A stretch of 64,000 bases of DNA from Verrucomicrobiia bacterium (GCA_035776755.1 DASTWS010000030.1:172150-236149); one strand, 5' to 3'. Shown: positions 9,398 to 19,445, counted from the stretch's first letter. Made by a program: numbers and translations. Notes: generated from the letters alone by a model not told the origin.

Positions 9398-10099
9398 TTA
9401 ACGGCGGCTGTCGCGGGCCAGCATGATGTAATACAACAACATCAAAATCGAGCTGACCAACGCGGCGACATAGGTCAGCGCCGCGGCATCCAAAACTTTG
9501 GCCACACCACTGCGTTCGTGCTCATGCACCAGCCCAAGCCGGAACAATTGCTCCTTCGCGCGGCGACTGGCGTCGTATTCCACCGGCAACGTGACCAACT
9601 GAAAAAACGTGATGACTGAAAACGCGGCGATGATGATCCACAACGCCATCGTGAAAAGGTGAAAGAAAAATCCGAGCAACAGGATTCCCGTGTAGGCCGT
9701 GCTCGCAAATTGCGTCACCGGCACCAGCGCCATGCGGAAGTTGAACAAGCCATAAGCCGCCTGATGCTGCAACGCGTGTCCCGCTTCATGCGCGGCGACG
9801 CAGACCGCCGCCACGGTTCGCCCGTGATAATTGTCGGAGGACAAAAACAGCGCGCGTTTGGTCGGATCATAATGGTCGCTCAAACGTCCGGGCACTTCTT
9901 CCACCGGCACGTCATTGAGACCGGCGCGATCCAGAATTTCGCGGGCAGCGTCGGCGCCGGTCATATTGGAATCCACCGGCACCTGACTGTATTTGCCGTA
10001 AGCATGATGCAATTTGATTTGCGCCCAGATGCCAATCAGCAAACCGGGAATCAAAAACAAAAAATACAATCCAATCGAATGGAACGAATCAAAAATCAT
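9398..10099 (-). CDS. YugP-type membrane zinc metallopeptidase
   Basis: HEAGHALQH zinc motif, N- and C-terminal TM segments, 233 aa. Confidence 0.8.
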   Translation of the reverse strand: MIFDSFHSIGLYFLFLIPGLLIGIWAQIKLHHAYGKYSQVPVDSNMTGADAAREILDRAGLNDVPVEEVPGRLSDHYDPTKRALFLSSDNYHGRTVAAVCVAAHEAGHALQHQAAYGLFNFRMALVPVTQFASTAYTGILLLGFFFHLFTMALWIIIAAFSVITFFQLVTLPVEYDASRRAKEQLFRLGLVHEHERSGVAKVLDAAALTYVAALVSSILMLLYYIMLARDSRR

Positions 10100-10308
10100 A
10101 AACTTACTATAATGGACAGCGCGCGGCTGTTTTCATTCAACTGACCAGCGCTTCGCGTGCCATCCGCGATTTCCAATGGTTTACAACTCTTTCCAAAATT
10201 CTCAAAGAAATTTTTGCGCCAGCTCGTCGCAACTGCGCCAATAGCCTTGGCGCACTTCGGTCTGAATTCAATTTCACTTTCCATGAGAAATTTGCGACAT
10301 TTCCCGCG

Positions 10309-11718
10309 ATGCCAATTCCGGTCATCAGTCTTGCGCAAATGCGCGAATGGGAACGCGCCACGTGGAGCAGCGGCCAAACCGAAGCCGAAGTCATCCGTCG
10401 CGTCGGCAAACGCATTGCCCGCCGCATCCGTAAACTCACCCGCGGCAGCGATGCGATTCTCTTCCTCGCCGGAAAAGGAAATAACGGCAACGACGCCCGC
10501 GCCGCCGCCGAATTTCTCGATGACCGGAAAATTGAATTTCTCAACGTTATTTCGCCCGCGACCGATTTACGCCGGCTTGAAGAATTGCTCCGCCAAAAAT
10601 TTGCGCTCATCGTGGACGGCATTTTCGGCATCGGCCTGAACCGGCCGCTGGATGCGCACTGGCAGAAATTTGTTTCCACCATCAACGATTCCCAAATTCC
10701 CGTGCTCGCGATTGATACGCCGTCCGGGTTGAACTGCGAAACCGGTGAACATTTTGGCGCGGCGATTCAAGCCGCAATCACGCTGACCGTCGGCGCGCCG
10801 AAGACCGGATTGCTCGTGCAGGCCGCGTGGCCATTCGTTGGACGGCTTGAAGTGCTGGACGACGTCGGCCTTGTCCCCTGCCCGTTCAAATCCGAACTCA
10901 ATTGGATTTCGCCGGACGATTTCGAAAACTTTCCGCCGCGCCGCGCCGTCGCCGCGCACAAAGGCTCGTTCGGCCACCTCGCCGTCGTCGCCGGCAGTTT
11001 TGGATTTCATGGCGCGAGCGTTTTGGCCACGCGCGGGGCACAACGCGCGCAGCCGGGCTTGATCACTTTGCTCACGCACGAAAACGTTTACGGCGTCGTC
11101 GCGCCGCAATTACACGCGCCGATGGTGAACGTGTGGAAACCAGATCTGGAATTTCCAAAAACGACGAGCGCCATTTTGATCGGACCCGGTTTACATGCGC
11201 CTGGCGTGGCCGATGAAATGAAACCGTTTGCGCAAAAATTGTGGCGCGAATCGGATTTGCCAATTGTCGTGGACGCCAGCGCTTTGGATTGGCTTCCGCC
11301 GGGAGATTTGCCGGCGAATAAAATCCGCGTCATCACGCCGCATCCGGGCGAAGCCGCGCGATTGCTGAATTGTTCGACACCGGAGATTCAGGCCAATCGC
11401 CCAAATGCCGTGCGCGAGATTTCAAAACGTTTTGGCAATTGTTGGGTGATTTTGAAAGGACATCAGACGTTGATCGGCCGAAATGCCGGAGAAATGTTTG
11501 TGAATTCCTCCGGCAATCCGCATTTGGCGCAAGGCGGCAGCGGCGATGTTTTGTCCGGATTGATTGCCGGATTGATTGCGCAACCTCCATTGCAAACGGA
11601 CATCGGCAAAACACTTTGTTACGCCGTTTGGCAACATGGCGCGGCCGCGGATGAATTGCAATCGTCGCGAAAGAATTGGATCATCGAAGATTTGATTGAG
11701 CGGTTGGCAGATTGTTGA
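10309..11718 (+). CDS. nnr: Bifunctional NAD(P)H-hydrate repair enzyme (epimerase/ADP-dependent dehydratase)
   Basis: YjeF-N motif GKGNNGNDA. C-terminal carbohydrate-kinase motif GGSGDVLSGLIAG. Confidence 0.85.
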   Translation: MPIPVISLAQMREWERATWSSGQTEAEVIRRVGKRIARRIRKLTRGSDAILFLAGKGNNGNDARAAAEFLDDRKIEFLNVISPATDLRRLEELLRQKFALIVDGIFGIGLNRPLDAHWQKFVSTINDSQIPVLAIDTPSGLNCETGEHFGAAIQAAITLTVGAPKTGLLVQAAWPFVGRLEVLDDVGLVPCPFKSELNWISPDDFENFPPRRAVAAHKGSFGHLAVVAGSFGFHGASVLATRGAQRAQPGLITLLTHENVYGVVAPQLHAPMVNVWKPDLEFPKTTSAILIGPGLHAPGVADEMKPFAQKLWRESDLPIVVDASALDWLPPGDLPANKIRVITPHPGEAARLLNCSTPEIQANRPNAVREISKRFGNCWVILKGHQTLIGRNAGEMFVNSSGNPHLAQGGSGDVLSGLIAGLIAQPPLQTDIGKTLCYAVWQHGAAADELQSSRKNWIIEDLIERLADC

Positions 11719-11738
11719 AGATAATTTGAGAAAATCGA

Positions 11739-12890
11739 ATGCAAGTTGCCGCGCGACAAGACGAATTATCCGAGCAATTTTGGAAAGCATTCCAAGCGCA
11801 TCGCGAACATCCTGAAATCTCTTCGCGCGCGTATCGAGCAAGACGCCGGTTAACTCTAGGAAAGTCGGTTGCCAAAAAAATTCGGATTTATCTCGATACA
11901 CGTTATTGGATTCACGTCAGAGACGCTCGTCAAGGAAAACCAGAGAAACCTGAACACGAACAGATTTACAAACTTTTGCACCAACTTGTTTTAGATGGAA
12001 AAGTTTTATGTCCTGCAAGTTTTCCAGCATTTGACGAACTTCTGAAACACAAAGATAAGCAAGTGCGTCTCGCTTCTGCTGAAACTTTGGATGAATTGAG
12101 CAACCAGGTTTGCTTAATAAATCACATCGAACTTACCCGCGCCGAAATCATGGGATTATTTCGACGATTCACGCCTAACTATCCACTGCCCGCCCCAATG
12201 CTGGAATGTGTTTGGACCAAAGCTGGTTTTTTTTCTGGAGAAATGGTTCCAACAAACAAAACTATTCCGCCAGATTTTGAGCGGGCATTTCAAAAAGCGT
12301 TTGAAGATCAATGGGCACGACTCGAGTTTTCATATATTGTCGAAGGGTATTTTAAATCCAATCGTGAAGAAAATTCTGAAGATTTTGTCCGACAATTAAA
12401 TGACAGCATTTCAAAATTCAGCGCAACCGCAAAAAGTCAGCGTCAACTTTACAAAGCACAATTTCTATCCTTGTTTCAAGAACACAATGATTTAATAGCG
12501 GATGTTATGCGACAACTCTGCAAAGATATATTTGGAAAAACTTTTGAACAATGCACTGATTTCCTTGAGCCGTTATTTGAGCAAGTGTTACAGCGCGCAT
12601 TCTCGCTTAAAGAGACTGCGTTTGATTTGCCAGGAATCCATATTTGGTCGAGCTTGCTTTCCGCTATTGCTTGGGACAAAAGACATCCCTTTACAGCACA
12701 TGATATACACGACGTTATGCACGCACATTCAGCATTACCATATTACAATTATGTTTTCGTCGAGCGCCGATTTAGTCATTTGATGACTACTCCTCCGAAC
12801 AAGTTGGCAGAAACGTATGGAGCAAAAGTTTGTTGGAAGGAAGCTGATGTGATTAAAGAACTGGAATTATTAAATCGAAAATTAAATTAG
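11739..12890 (+). CDS. Hypothetical protein in an AT-richer segment; weak PIN-like termini
   Basis: 383-aa ORF whose body is visibly AT-richer than its neighbours. IRIYLDTRYW near the N-terminus and HDIHDVMHAHSALPYYNYVFVERRF near the C-terminus loosely resemble PIN first and last strands. No firm family. Confidence 0.5.
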   Translation: MQVAARQDELSEQFWKAFQAHREHPEISSRAYRARRRLTLGKSVAKKIRIYLDTRYWIHVRDARQGKPEKPEHEQIYKLLHQLVLDGKVLCPASFPAFDELLKHKDKQVRLASAETLDELSNQVCLINHIELTRAEIMGLFRRFTPNYPLPAPMLECVWTKAGFFSGEMVPTNKTIPPDFERAFQKAFEDQWARLEFSYIVEGYFKSNREENSEDFVRQLNDSISKFSATAKSQRQLYKAQFLSLFQEHNDLIADVMRQLCKDIFGKTFEQCTDFLEPLFEQVLQRAFSLKETAFDLPGIHIWSSLLSAIAWDKRHPFTAHDIHDVMHAHSALPYYNYVFVERRFSHLMTTPPNKLAETYGAKVCWKEADVIKELELLNRKLN

Positions 12891-12893
12891 CAT

Positions 12894-13316
12894 ATGAATG
12901 TAGCTATGATCGAAACCATCCTCCGCTCCACCCTTTCGCAATTCAATTCCGAGACCGGAACGATTCATCGGCTGGATGCAGAAACACAATTATTGCATCT
13001 CGTGGCGCAAATCGGTTTGCCGCCGCAAATGTTGGACGTCATCAAAACCATTCCGGTCGGCAAAGGCATCGCGGGACAGGTCGTCGCGCAAAACCGGCCG
13101 GTGACGATTTGTAATCTGCAAACGGACAACAGCGACGTGGCCAAACCCGGCGCGCGCCAAACCGGCGTGGGCGGCGCGTTGTGCGTGCCGGTTCGCGACG
13201 GCGACAGAATCATCGGCACGCTCGGCGTCGGCACGGTGCGGCAATATGAATTCATTGCGGCGGAAACGGCGAAGCTGGAAGAGATCGGCCGCGAAATTGC
13301 GAAATGTTTAATTTAA
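12894..13316 (+). CDS. Stand-alone GAF domain protein
   Basis: 140 aa with a GAF-like pattern (IHRLD...LHLVAQIGLP...GKGIAGQV...ALCVPVRDGDRIIGTLGVG). Confidence 0.7.
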   Translation: MNVAMIETILRSTLSQFNSETGTIHRLDAETQLLHLVAQIGLPPQMLDVIKTIPVGKGIAGQVVAQNRPVTICNLQTDNSDVAKPGARQTGVGGALCVPVRDGDRIIGTLGVGTVRQYEFIAAETAKLEEIGREIAKCLI

Positions 13317-13391
13317 CCAGAGAGCTGAGTTCCACGCCTGATTTTTGATTTGGGTCTCGCGGAGTTCGACCCTCCGAAATATATTTAGCCC

Positions 13392-14393
13392 ATGGCCATC
13401 GTCATCAAAGATTCCGAATCCAAGCCGAAGGTCACTCTGCCGCCCATCGAGCCGACGAAGAAACTTTCCGTCGCGGACGTTTCGGCCACGGCGCAAAAAG
13501 TCATCGCCAGCGTGGAAAAAGTCATCGTCGGCAAACATGACCAGGTGGCGATGGCGATCGCTATTTTTCTGGCGGAAGGACATTTGCTGTTGGAAGACGT
13601 TCCCGGCGTGGCCAAGACGATGCTGGCCCGGGCGATTGCCTTGAGCGCCGGCTGCACGTTCCGCCGGATCCAATGCACGCCAGACTTGCAGCCGCAGGAC
13701 GTCCTCGGCGAGCCGCGCCTTGACCCGGTGACCGGACGTTCGGAATTTCATTTTGGCCCGTTGTTTTCACAATTCGTTCTCGTGGACGAAATCAACCGTG
13801 CCGCGCCGCGCACGCAATCGGCGTTGCTCGAAGCGATGGGCGAAAGCATGGTCACGGCGGGAAATGTGAGCTATAAATTGCAGCGGCCGTTCATGGTCAT
13901 CGCCACGCAAAACCCCATTGAACAGGAAGGAACGTTTCTGCTGCCGGAAGCGCAAAAAGACCGTTTTCTGATGCGCATGAATTTGGGTTATCCCTCGCTC
14001 GCGGACGAAAAGGAAATGGTCGAACGATTTCAATTGCGCCATCCGATTGAAACGCTTCAGCCGGTCACAACGCCGGACGCCATCACGAAATGCCAGGAAG
14101 CCGTGCGTGAAGTGAAAGTGCCCGCGGCCGCAAGCGATTGCATTTTGAAAATCGTCCGCGCCACGCGGGAGCATCCCGCCCTGCTTCTGGGCGCCAGCCC
14201 GCGCGGTTCGCTCGGATTGTTTCGCGCATCGCAAGCGGTCGCGGCAATTGAGGGAAAAGATTCCGTCTCCGTAGAACTCATCAAATCGCTGGCGCAAAAA
14301 GTTCTGGCGCACCGGCTCATTGTCCGCAAAGAAGAAAAGTTCCGAAATATCAATATCGCGGATGTCGTCGCGGAAGTGGCAGCGAAGGCTTGA
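13392..14393 (+). CDS. MoxR-family AAA+ ATPase
   Basis: HLLLEDVPGVAKT Walker A region, VLVDEINRA Walker B, 333 aa. No adjacent DUF58/VWA partner. Confidence 0.85.
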   Translation: MAIVIKDSESKPKVTLPPIEPTKKLSVADVSATAQKVIASVEKVIVGKHDQVAMAIAIFLAEGHLLLEDVPGVAKTMLARAIALSAGCTFRRIQCTPDLQPQDVLGEPRLDPVTGRSEFHFGPLFSQFVLVDEINRAAPRTQSALLEAMGESMVTAGNVSYKLQRPFMVIATQNPIEQEGTFLLPEAQKDRFLMRMNLGYPSLADEKEMVERFQLRHPIETLQPVTTPDAITKCQEAVREVKVPAAASDCILKIVRATREHPALLLGASPRGSLGLFRASQAVAAIEGKDSVSVELIKSLAQKVLAHRLIVRKEEKFRNINIADVVAEVAAKA

Positions 14394-14399
14394 GAAATT

Positions 14400-15188
14400 T
14401 CAAAAGCACGCCTTCACCACGCCGCCGTCCACGCGCAACGCCGCGCCGTTGGTCGCCGATGCCAGCGGGCTGCAAACGTAAACGACGAGGTTTGCGACTT
14501 CTTCGGTGGTTGCAAAACGTTTGATGAGCGAGCTTGGCCGGACGCTGGTGAAAAATTCTTTTTCAAATTCGCTGAATGGTTTGCCGCCGCTCAATTGTTT
14601 CACAAATTCATCCACGCCGGCGGAATGCGTCGGACCGGGAAGAACGGCATTGCAAGTCACGCCAGTTCCGGCGCAGGTCTCGGCGATGCCGCGTGAGACG
14701 GCCAGTTGCGCAGTTTTGGTCACGCCATAATGGATCATTTCCGCGGGGATTTGAATTCCACTTTCGCTGCTGATGAAAACGATGCGTCCCCAATTGCGCT
14801 GTTTCATGCCCGGCAAATAGACGCGGCTCAAACGCACGCCGCTCAAGACATTGACATCAAAAAACCGCCGCCAATCCGTGTCGGGAATTTGCTCAAACGG
14901 TTTCGGTTCAAAAATGCCGAGATTGTTCACGAGGATTTCGACCGCAGGAAATTGGGCGACGAGCCTTTCGGCCGTGGCGGCATCGGAGAGATCGCCGGCA
15001 AAACCTCCAATCTTTGCATTTGGAACGGCTTGCCGGATTTTTGCGGCAGCCCCGTTGACCGATTGATCCGTGCGGCCGTTGACGAGGACGTGTGCGCCTT
15101 CCCGCGCCAGGCCGGCAGCGATGGCGAGTCCGATGCCTTTGGTGGAACCTGAAACGAACGCCAGTTTTCCTGAAAGTTGTAAATCCAT
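14400..15188 (-). CDS. Short-chain dehydrogenase/reductase (SDR)
   Basis: GSTKGIGLAIA cofactor motif and YGVTK catalytic region. 262 aa. Confidence 0.85.
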   Translation of the reverse strand: MDLQLSGKLAFVSGSTKGIGLAIAAGLAREGAHVLVNGRTDQSVNGAAAKIRQAVPNAKIGGFAGDLSDAATAERLVAQFPAVEILVNNLGIFEPKPFEQIPDTDWRRFFDVNVLSGVRLSRVYLPGMKQRNWGRIVFISSESGIQIPAEMIHYGVTKTAQLAVSRGIAETCAGTGVTCNAVLPGPTHSAGVDEFVKQLSGGKPFSEFEKEFFTSVRPSSLIKRFATTEEVANLVVYVCSPLASATNGAALRVDGGVVKACF

Positions 15189-15282
15189 GGCGCAGAATTT
15201 CGCATTGGCGATTACGTTGTCAATCGTTTCATCGGATCAGTCGCCGTCATTTTACCGGTAAATCCATTCGTCATTTGGCCGG

Positions 15283-15783
15283 ATGCGGTTAAATTGCCGG
15301 GTGAAATGGAGGGACAAATTGTTACATTGGGCATTTGAGGTCGGGATTTGGTTGAAAGGACTCGATGGCATTTTGGAATTGATCGGCGGAACGCTGCTTC
15401 TCGCCTTCAGCCCCGAAGCGCTAAACCATTTCATCGTCGTGCTCACGCAACATGAATTGAACGAGGATCCCGGCAACTGGATCAGTCACGCCTTGCGTCA
15501 TGCCGGCAATCATTTATCCAGCGACGGTAAATTCATCGGCGGCATTTATCTGCTTGGCCACGGCGCGGTCAAAGTCTTTCTCGTCGGGGGCATTTTGCGC
15601 GGCAAATTGTGGGCCTATCCAACCGCGATGATTGTCCTGGGCATTTTTATTTTGCTGCAAAGCAGCCGGATGGGGCTTCACTTTTCATATTTCATGCTGT
15701 TTTTCACCGGCATTGACATCGTCATCGTGCTGTTGATCTGGCGGGAATTCCGGCGCGCAAAACGGAACGCCGCGTCCTCTTGA
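15283..15783 (+). CDS. DUF2127-like small membrane protein
   Basis: WAFEVGIWLKGLDGILELIGG start and four predicted hydrophobic helices. Confidence 0.6.
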   Translation: MRLNCRVKWRDKLLHWAFEVGIWLKGLDGILELIGGTLLLAFSPEALNHFIVVLTQHELNEDPGNWISHALRHAGNHLSSDGKFIGGIYLLGHGAVKVFLVGGILRGKLWAYPTAMIVLGIFILLQSSRMGLHFSYFMLFFTGIDIVIVLLIWREFRRAKRNAASS

Positions 15784-15841
15784 CAAGGCCATCAGGGATT
15801 ATTACGGTTACCGAAATCGGTTGTCGTAGTAATTTCGACTG

Positions 15842-16171
15842 ATGAAAAATATTCAACGCGAGATATTGCTCGGCTTTTGGAAAGCACACATCCTGCATCA
15901 CGCCGCTGAAGCAAACCTTCATGGGCATTGGATGTTGTCGGAGTTGCGCGGGCACGGCTACGACATCAGTCCCGGCACGCTTTATCCATTGCTTCAACGA
16001 ATGGAAAAGCTCGGCTGGTTGAAGTGCAAGACCGGTGCAAAAGCGGGCGGCCGCACGCGGAAAAATTACCGGTTGACGCCATCCGGAAAAAAAGTGCTCG
16101 AGCTGGTTCGCGGGCAGATCGTCGAACTTTACGAGGAAATCGTGAAGGAAAGGAAACATCGCAAAAAATGA
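15842..16171 (+). CDS. PadR-family transcriptional regulator
   Basis: GYDISPGTLYPLLQRMEKLGWL winged-helix signature. 109 aa. Confidence 0.8.
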   Translation: MKNIQREILLGFWKAHILHHAAEANLHGHWMLSELRGHGYDISPGTLYPLLQRMEKLGWLKCKTGAKAGGRTRKNYRLTPSGKKVLELVRGQIVELYEEIVKERKHRKK

Positions 16172-16656
16172 AAACGTCACTCATCGCTTTGACCGTCACC
16201 CGGGCTCCGCGCGCAACGATATGGGTGCGTTTGCTGGTGGGCGCGGTTTTTTTCGAGGAAGGAATCCAAAAATTTTTATTTCCCGATTTGATGGGCGCTG
16301 GACGTTTCAACCGCATCGGCATCCCTCACCCCGAAATCATGGGACCATTCGTCGGCTCGGTGGAAATCGTTTGCGGCGCGCTGATCCTGATCGGATTGTT
16401 GACACGCCTGGCAGCAATTCCTCTTCTGATCAACATTTCCGTAGCGATTATTTCGACCAAAATTCCCATTCTTTTAGGGCATGACTTTTTGTGTTTTCAT
16501 GTTGCCAAACTGGCGCGCTATGGATTTTGGAGCATGGCGAGCGAAGCGCGAACCGATTTTTCCATGTTGCTCGGGTTGATCTTTCTGACCTGTGTCGGCG
16601 CCGGAAAATGGTCATTCGATGCCTGCTGGAACCGGAAATCCGAAGAAAAAATATGA
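16168..16656 (+). CDS. DoxX-family membrane protein
   Basis: The ATG at 16168 overlaps the PadR stop (ATGA). Sequence WVRLLVGAVFFEEGIQKF...VEIVCGALILIGLLTRLAAIPLL. Confidence 0.75.
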   Translation: MKTSLIALTVTRAPRATIWVRLLVGAVFFEEGIQKFLFPDLMGAGRFNRIGIPHPEIMGPFVGSVEIVCGALILIGLLTRLAAIPLLINISVAIISTKIPILLGHDFLCFHVAKLARYGFWSMASEARTDFSMLLGLIFLTCVGAGKWSFDACWNRKSEEKI

Positions 16657-17435
16657 ATAAACGCATCCATCTGTTAATTGGTTTATTTTTCGGCGCCGCG
16701 TCGGTGAGCTTTGCCGGGCCGCCGTATGTGACCGACGACCCGGTGCCACCGGATTATCAACATTGGGAATTTTATATCGCGTCGCAAGATTTTGAAACCG
16801 CCGACGGCTGGTCGGGAACCGCGCCGCACATTGAAATCAATTACGGCGTCTTCACCAATGTCCAATTACACCTCATTGCGCCTCTCGCCTACGATGCGCC
16901 CGATCACGGCGCGACGCATTATGGTTACGGCGACACTGAATTAGGCGTGAAATATCGTTTCCTTCAGGAATCAAAATACCTTCCGCAAATCGGAATTTTT
17001 CCACTGCTCGAAGTTCCCACGGGCGACGAAAGCAAAGGTCTCGGCAGCGGACAATGGGATGCCTTCCTTCCAGTATGGTTGCAAAAAAGTTTCGGCGCGT
17101 GGACGATTGATGCCGGCGGCGGATACGGCATCAATCCCGGCCCGGGAAATAAAGATTGGGGACTCGTCGCCGCACTGTTGCAATATCAAGTGCGAAATAA
17201 TATTTCCGTCGGCGGCGAGATTTATCATCGCACGCAAACCGAAGCCGACGGGCCGACGGAAACAGCATTCAACATCGGCGCGGTTGTTGATTTCAGCGAC
17301 CATCAGCATTTCCTGTTTTCCGCCGGACGATCGATTGACGGGCCGACAGATTTTCAGGTTTATGCAGCCTGGCAATTCACGTTTGGACCCGAACTGTTCC
17401 ATTCACTCGCCGATTTGAATTTGCGTGGACATTAA
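16653..17435 (+). CDS. Outer-membrane beta-barrel protein (MetA-pathway/transporter-like family)
   Basis: The ATG at 16653 overlaps the DoxX stop (ATGA). Signal peptide MNKRIHLLIGLFFGAASVSFA, then PPYVTDDP. Alternating beta-strand pattern. Confidence 0.6.
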   Translation: MNKRIHLLIGLFFGAASVSFAGPPYVTDDPVPPDYQHWEFYIASQDFETADGWSGTAPHIEINYGVFTNVQLHLIAPLAYDAPDHGATHYGYGDTELGVKYRFLQESKYLPQIGIFPLLEVPTGDESKGLGSGQWDAFLPVWLQKSFGAWTIDAGGGYGINPGPGNKDWGLVAALLQYQVRNNISVGGEIYHRTQTEADGPTETAFNIGAVVDFSDHQHFLFSAGRSIDGPTDFQVYAAWQFTFGPELFHSLADLNLRGH

Positions 17436-18597
17436 AAATCAACTTGCCAAAACCGCGTTGCGCTTCGTGCTCGTCATCGGCGTGGTGCAATTGTTCGCCG
17501 ACATGACTTATGAAGGATCGCGGGGAATCATCGGCGGATTCATGGGCTCGCTCGGCGCAAGCGCGACCGCCGTGGGAATCGTTGCCGGATTGGGCGAATT
17601 GATGGGTTACGCGTTCCGTTCGGTGACCGGTTATTTCGCCGATAAAACGCACAAGTATTGGGTTTTCATATTTGCCGGTTACACCGTGAACATGCTTGCC
17701 GTGCCCGCGCTCGCGCTGGCCGGAAATTGGCCATTCGCCGCCGCGCTCATCATTGCTGAACGCACCGGGCGCGCCATCCGCAAACCATCCGCCGATGCGA
17801 TGTTGTCCCATGCCGGAAGCCGCATCGGACATGGCTGGGCGTTCGGCCTGAATGAATTTTTGGATCAAACCGGCGCGACGATTGGCCCGCTCGTCATGGC
17901 GGCAATTCTTTATTTTAAACATGATTACCATGTCGCGTTTGCCGTTTTGCTGGTTCCCGCCCTGCTCTGCCTGGCAACGGTCACGATCGCGCGAATCTTT
18001 TATCCGCGTCCGCATGAATTGGAAGAGCGCGCACCGGTCGTCCTTGAAACAAAAGGATTTTCAAAAGCGTATTGGTTTTACGCCGTCGCCGGAATGTTGA
18101 CCGCTGCCGGTTTTGCGGATTTTGCACTCGTGGGATTTCATTTTCAAAAATGCGGAATCGTTCCCGAGAGCGAAATCCCGGTTTTTTATGCCGGCGCAAT
18201 GGTCACCGCCGCCGTCGCCGCGCTTGTGTTTGGAAAATTGCTGGATAAATACGGATTACCCATCGTGCTGTTTGCATTTTTCCTTGGCGCGTTCTTTGCG
18301 CCGTGCGTTTTTCTGGGCGGATTTGCGCTGGCGATCGTGGGAATGATTTTGTGGGGCATCGGCATGGGCGCGCAGGATTCGTTGCTGAAAGCCATTTTGT
18401 CCAAAGTGATTCCGCGCGAAAAGCGCAGCACCGGGTTCGGCGTTTTCGATACGGCTTACGGGATCGCATGGTTTGCCGGCAGCGCGGCGATGGGATTGCT
18501 TTACGACAAAGCGATTTATGCCGTGGTCATTTTTTCCGTGATCCTGCAATTGGCCGCGTTGCCTTTCTTTATTTCCGGGCAAAAAGCAGCGAAATGA
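17425..18597 (+). CDS. MFS transporter
   Basis: About 12 hydrophobic helices. FADMTYEGSRG motif in the first loop. GTG start overlaps the preceding gene by 11 nt. Confidence 0.75.
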   Translation: MDIKNQLAKTALRFVLVIGVVQLFADMTYEGSRGIIGGFMGSLGASATAVGIVAGLGELMGYAFRSVTGYFADKTHKYWVFIFAGYTVNMLAVPALALAGNWPFAAALIIAERTGRAIRKPSADAMLSHAGSRIGHGWAFGLNEFLDQTGATIGPLVMAAILYFKHDYHVAFAVLLVPALLCLATVTIARIFYPRPHELEERAPVVLETKGFSKAYWFYAVAGMLTAAGFADFALVGFHFQKCGIVPESEIPVFYAGAMVTAAVAALVFGKLLDKYGLPIVLFAFFLGAFFAPCVFLGGFALAIVGMILWGIGMGAQDSLLKAILSKVIPREKRSTGFGVFDTAYGIAWFAGSAAMGLLYDKAIYAVVIFSVILQLAALPFFISGQKAAK

Positions 18598-18773
18598 TTT
18601 CAATCCTCTGGCCTGGATTTCGGTAAAATTCGACTTTTCTTGTAACACTCCCTGGGGACAAAGCAACAAAGCGGCAATCAAATTGCTTAAACGTTGTCAC
18701 TTATAGTCTGTTGTAGGAGATGTAAAAAGCAGCTTATTTTCTATGCCGGAAGTATTTACAGCGAGTTTCCAAG

Positions 18774-19445
18774 ATGGACGTTAAAAAAACATTCGGGTCT
18801 TTAGTCCGCGCCAGGCGAAATCAGCTTGGCATTTCGCAAGAGGAATTGGCGGAACGCGCTGATTTGCATCGGACTTATGTTTCGGACGTGGAACGCGGCT
18901 CCCGAAATATCTCTTTGGAAAACATCGAGCGGCTCGCGTTGGCGCTGGACATTTCAATCCCTTCCCTCTTCCTAAACAACAACGGCAGCGACAACGGCAA
19001 CAACTTTTCCGGACTGGTTGATGTCTTGCTCGTGGAAGATGAAGCTGATCACGCGGAATTGGCGATGCGCGCGTTCAAGCGATCGCGTTTTGCCAATCGG
19101 ATCCGGCTGGTGCAGGATGGCGAAGAAGCGCTCGATTACCTTTTTCGGCTTGGAAAATATGCGAAACGGAAATTCAGCGAAACGCCGCATATCATCCTTC
19201 TGGATTTGAATCTCCCGAAAATCAACGGCTTTGAAGTATTGCGCCGCATCAAATCCGACAAACGGACGCGCGGGATTCCGGTCATTGTGCTGACGATTTC
19301 GCATGAAGCTGAAGATCTTGAAAAGAGCAAGCAACTGGGCGCTGACAATTACATTGTCAAGCCGGTGGATATTTTGGGGCTGATTCAAGCGACGCCTGGA
19401 TTGAATCTCGACTGGGCGCTGCTGAAATCAAAAACGGGCAATTGA
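18774..19445 (+). CDS. Response regulator with N-terminal XRE-type HTH and C-terminal receiver domain
   Basis: HTH_XRE (LGISQEELAERADLHRTYVSDVERGSRNISLENIERLA). Asn/Gly linker. REC with acidic pocket VEDEAD, phospho-Asp in ILLDLNLP, T in VLTIS, K in IVKP. Confidence 0.8.
   Translation: MDVKKTFGSLVRARRNQLGISQEELAERADLHRTYVSDVERGSRNISLENIERLALALDISIPSLFLNNNGSDNGNNFSGLVDVLLVEDEADHAELAMRAFKRSRFANRIRLVQDGEEALDYLFRLGKYAKRKFSETPHIILLDLNLPKINGFEVLRRIKSDKRTRGIPVIVLTISHEAEDLEKSKQLGADNYIVKPVDILGLIQATPGLNLDWALLKSKTGN

Noticed and set aside
10237-10255. Hairpin GCGCCAA-tagcc-TTGGCGC upstream of nnr, and hairpin ACAGC-gcgcg-GCTGT-TTTT near 10116-10135, considered as regulatory elements or terminators.
   Set aside because: These are short stems of a size expected by chance in 64 kb. 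No gene upstream on the relevant strand would need termination. Evidence is insufficient to call them features.
13360-13376. tRNA T-arm-like hairpin CGGAG-TTCGACC-CTCCG in the GAF-moxR intergenic region.
   Set aside because: Working backwards from it, no anticodon arm, D-arm or matching acceptor stem can be built. The would-be 3' acceptor strand AAATATA has no 5' partner, so it is not a tRNA gene. It is only noted as sharing a 12-mer with the metH insert.
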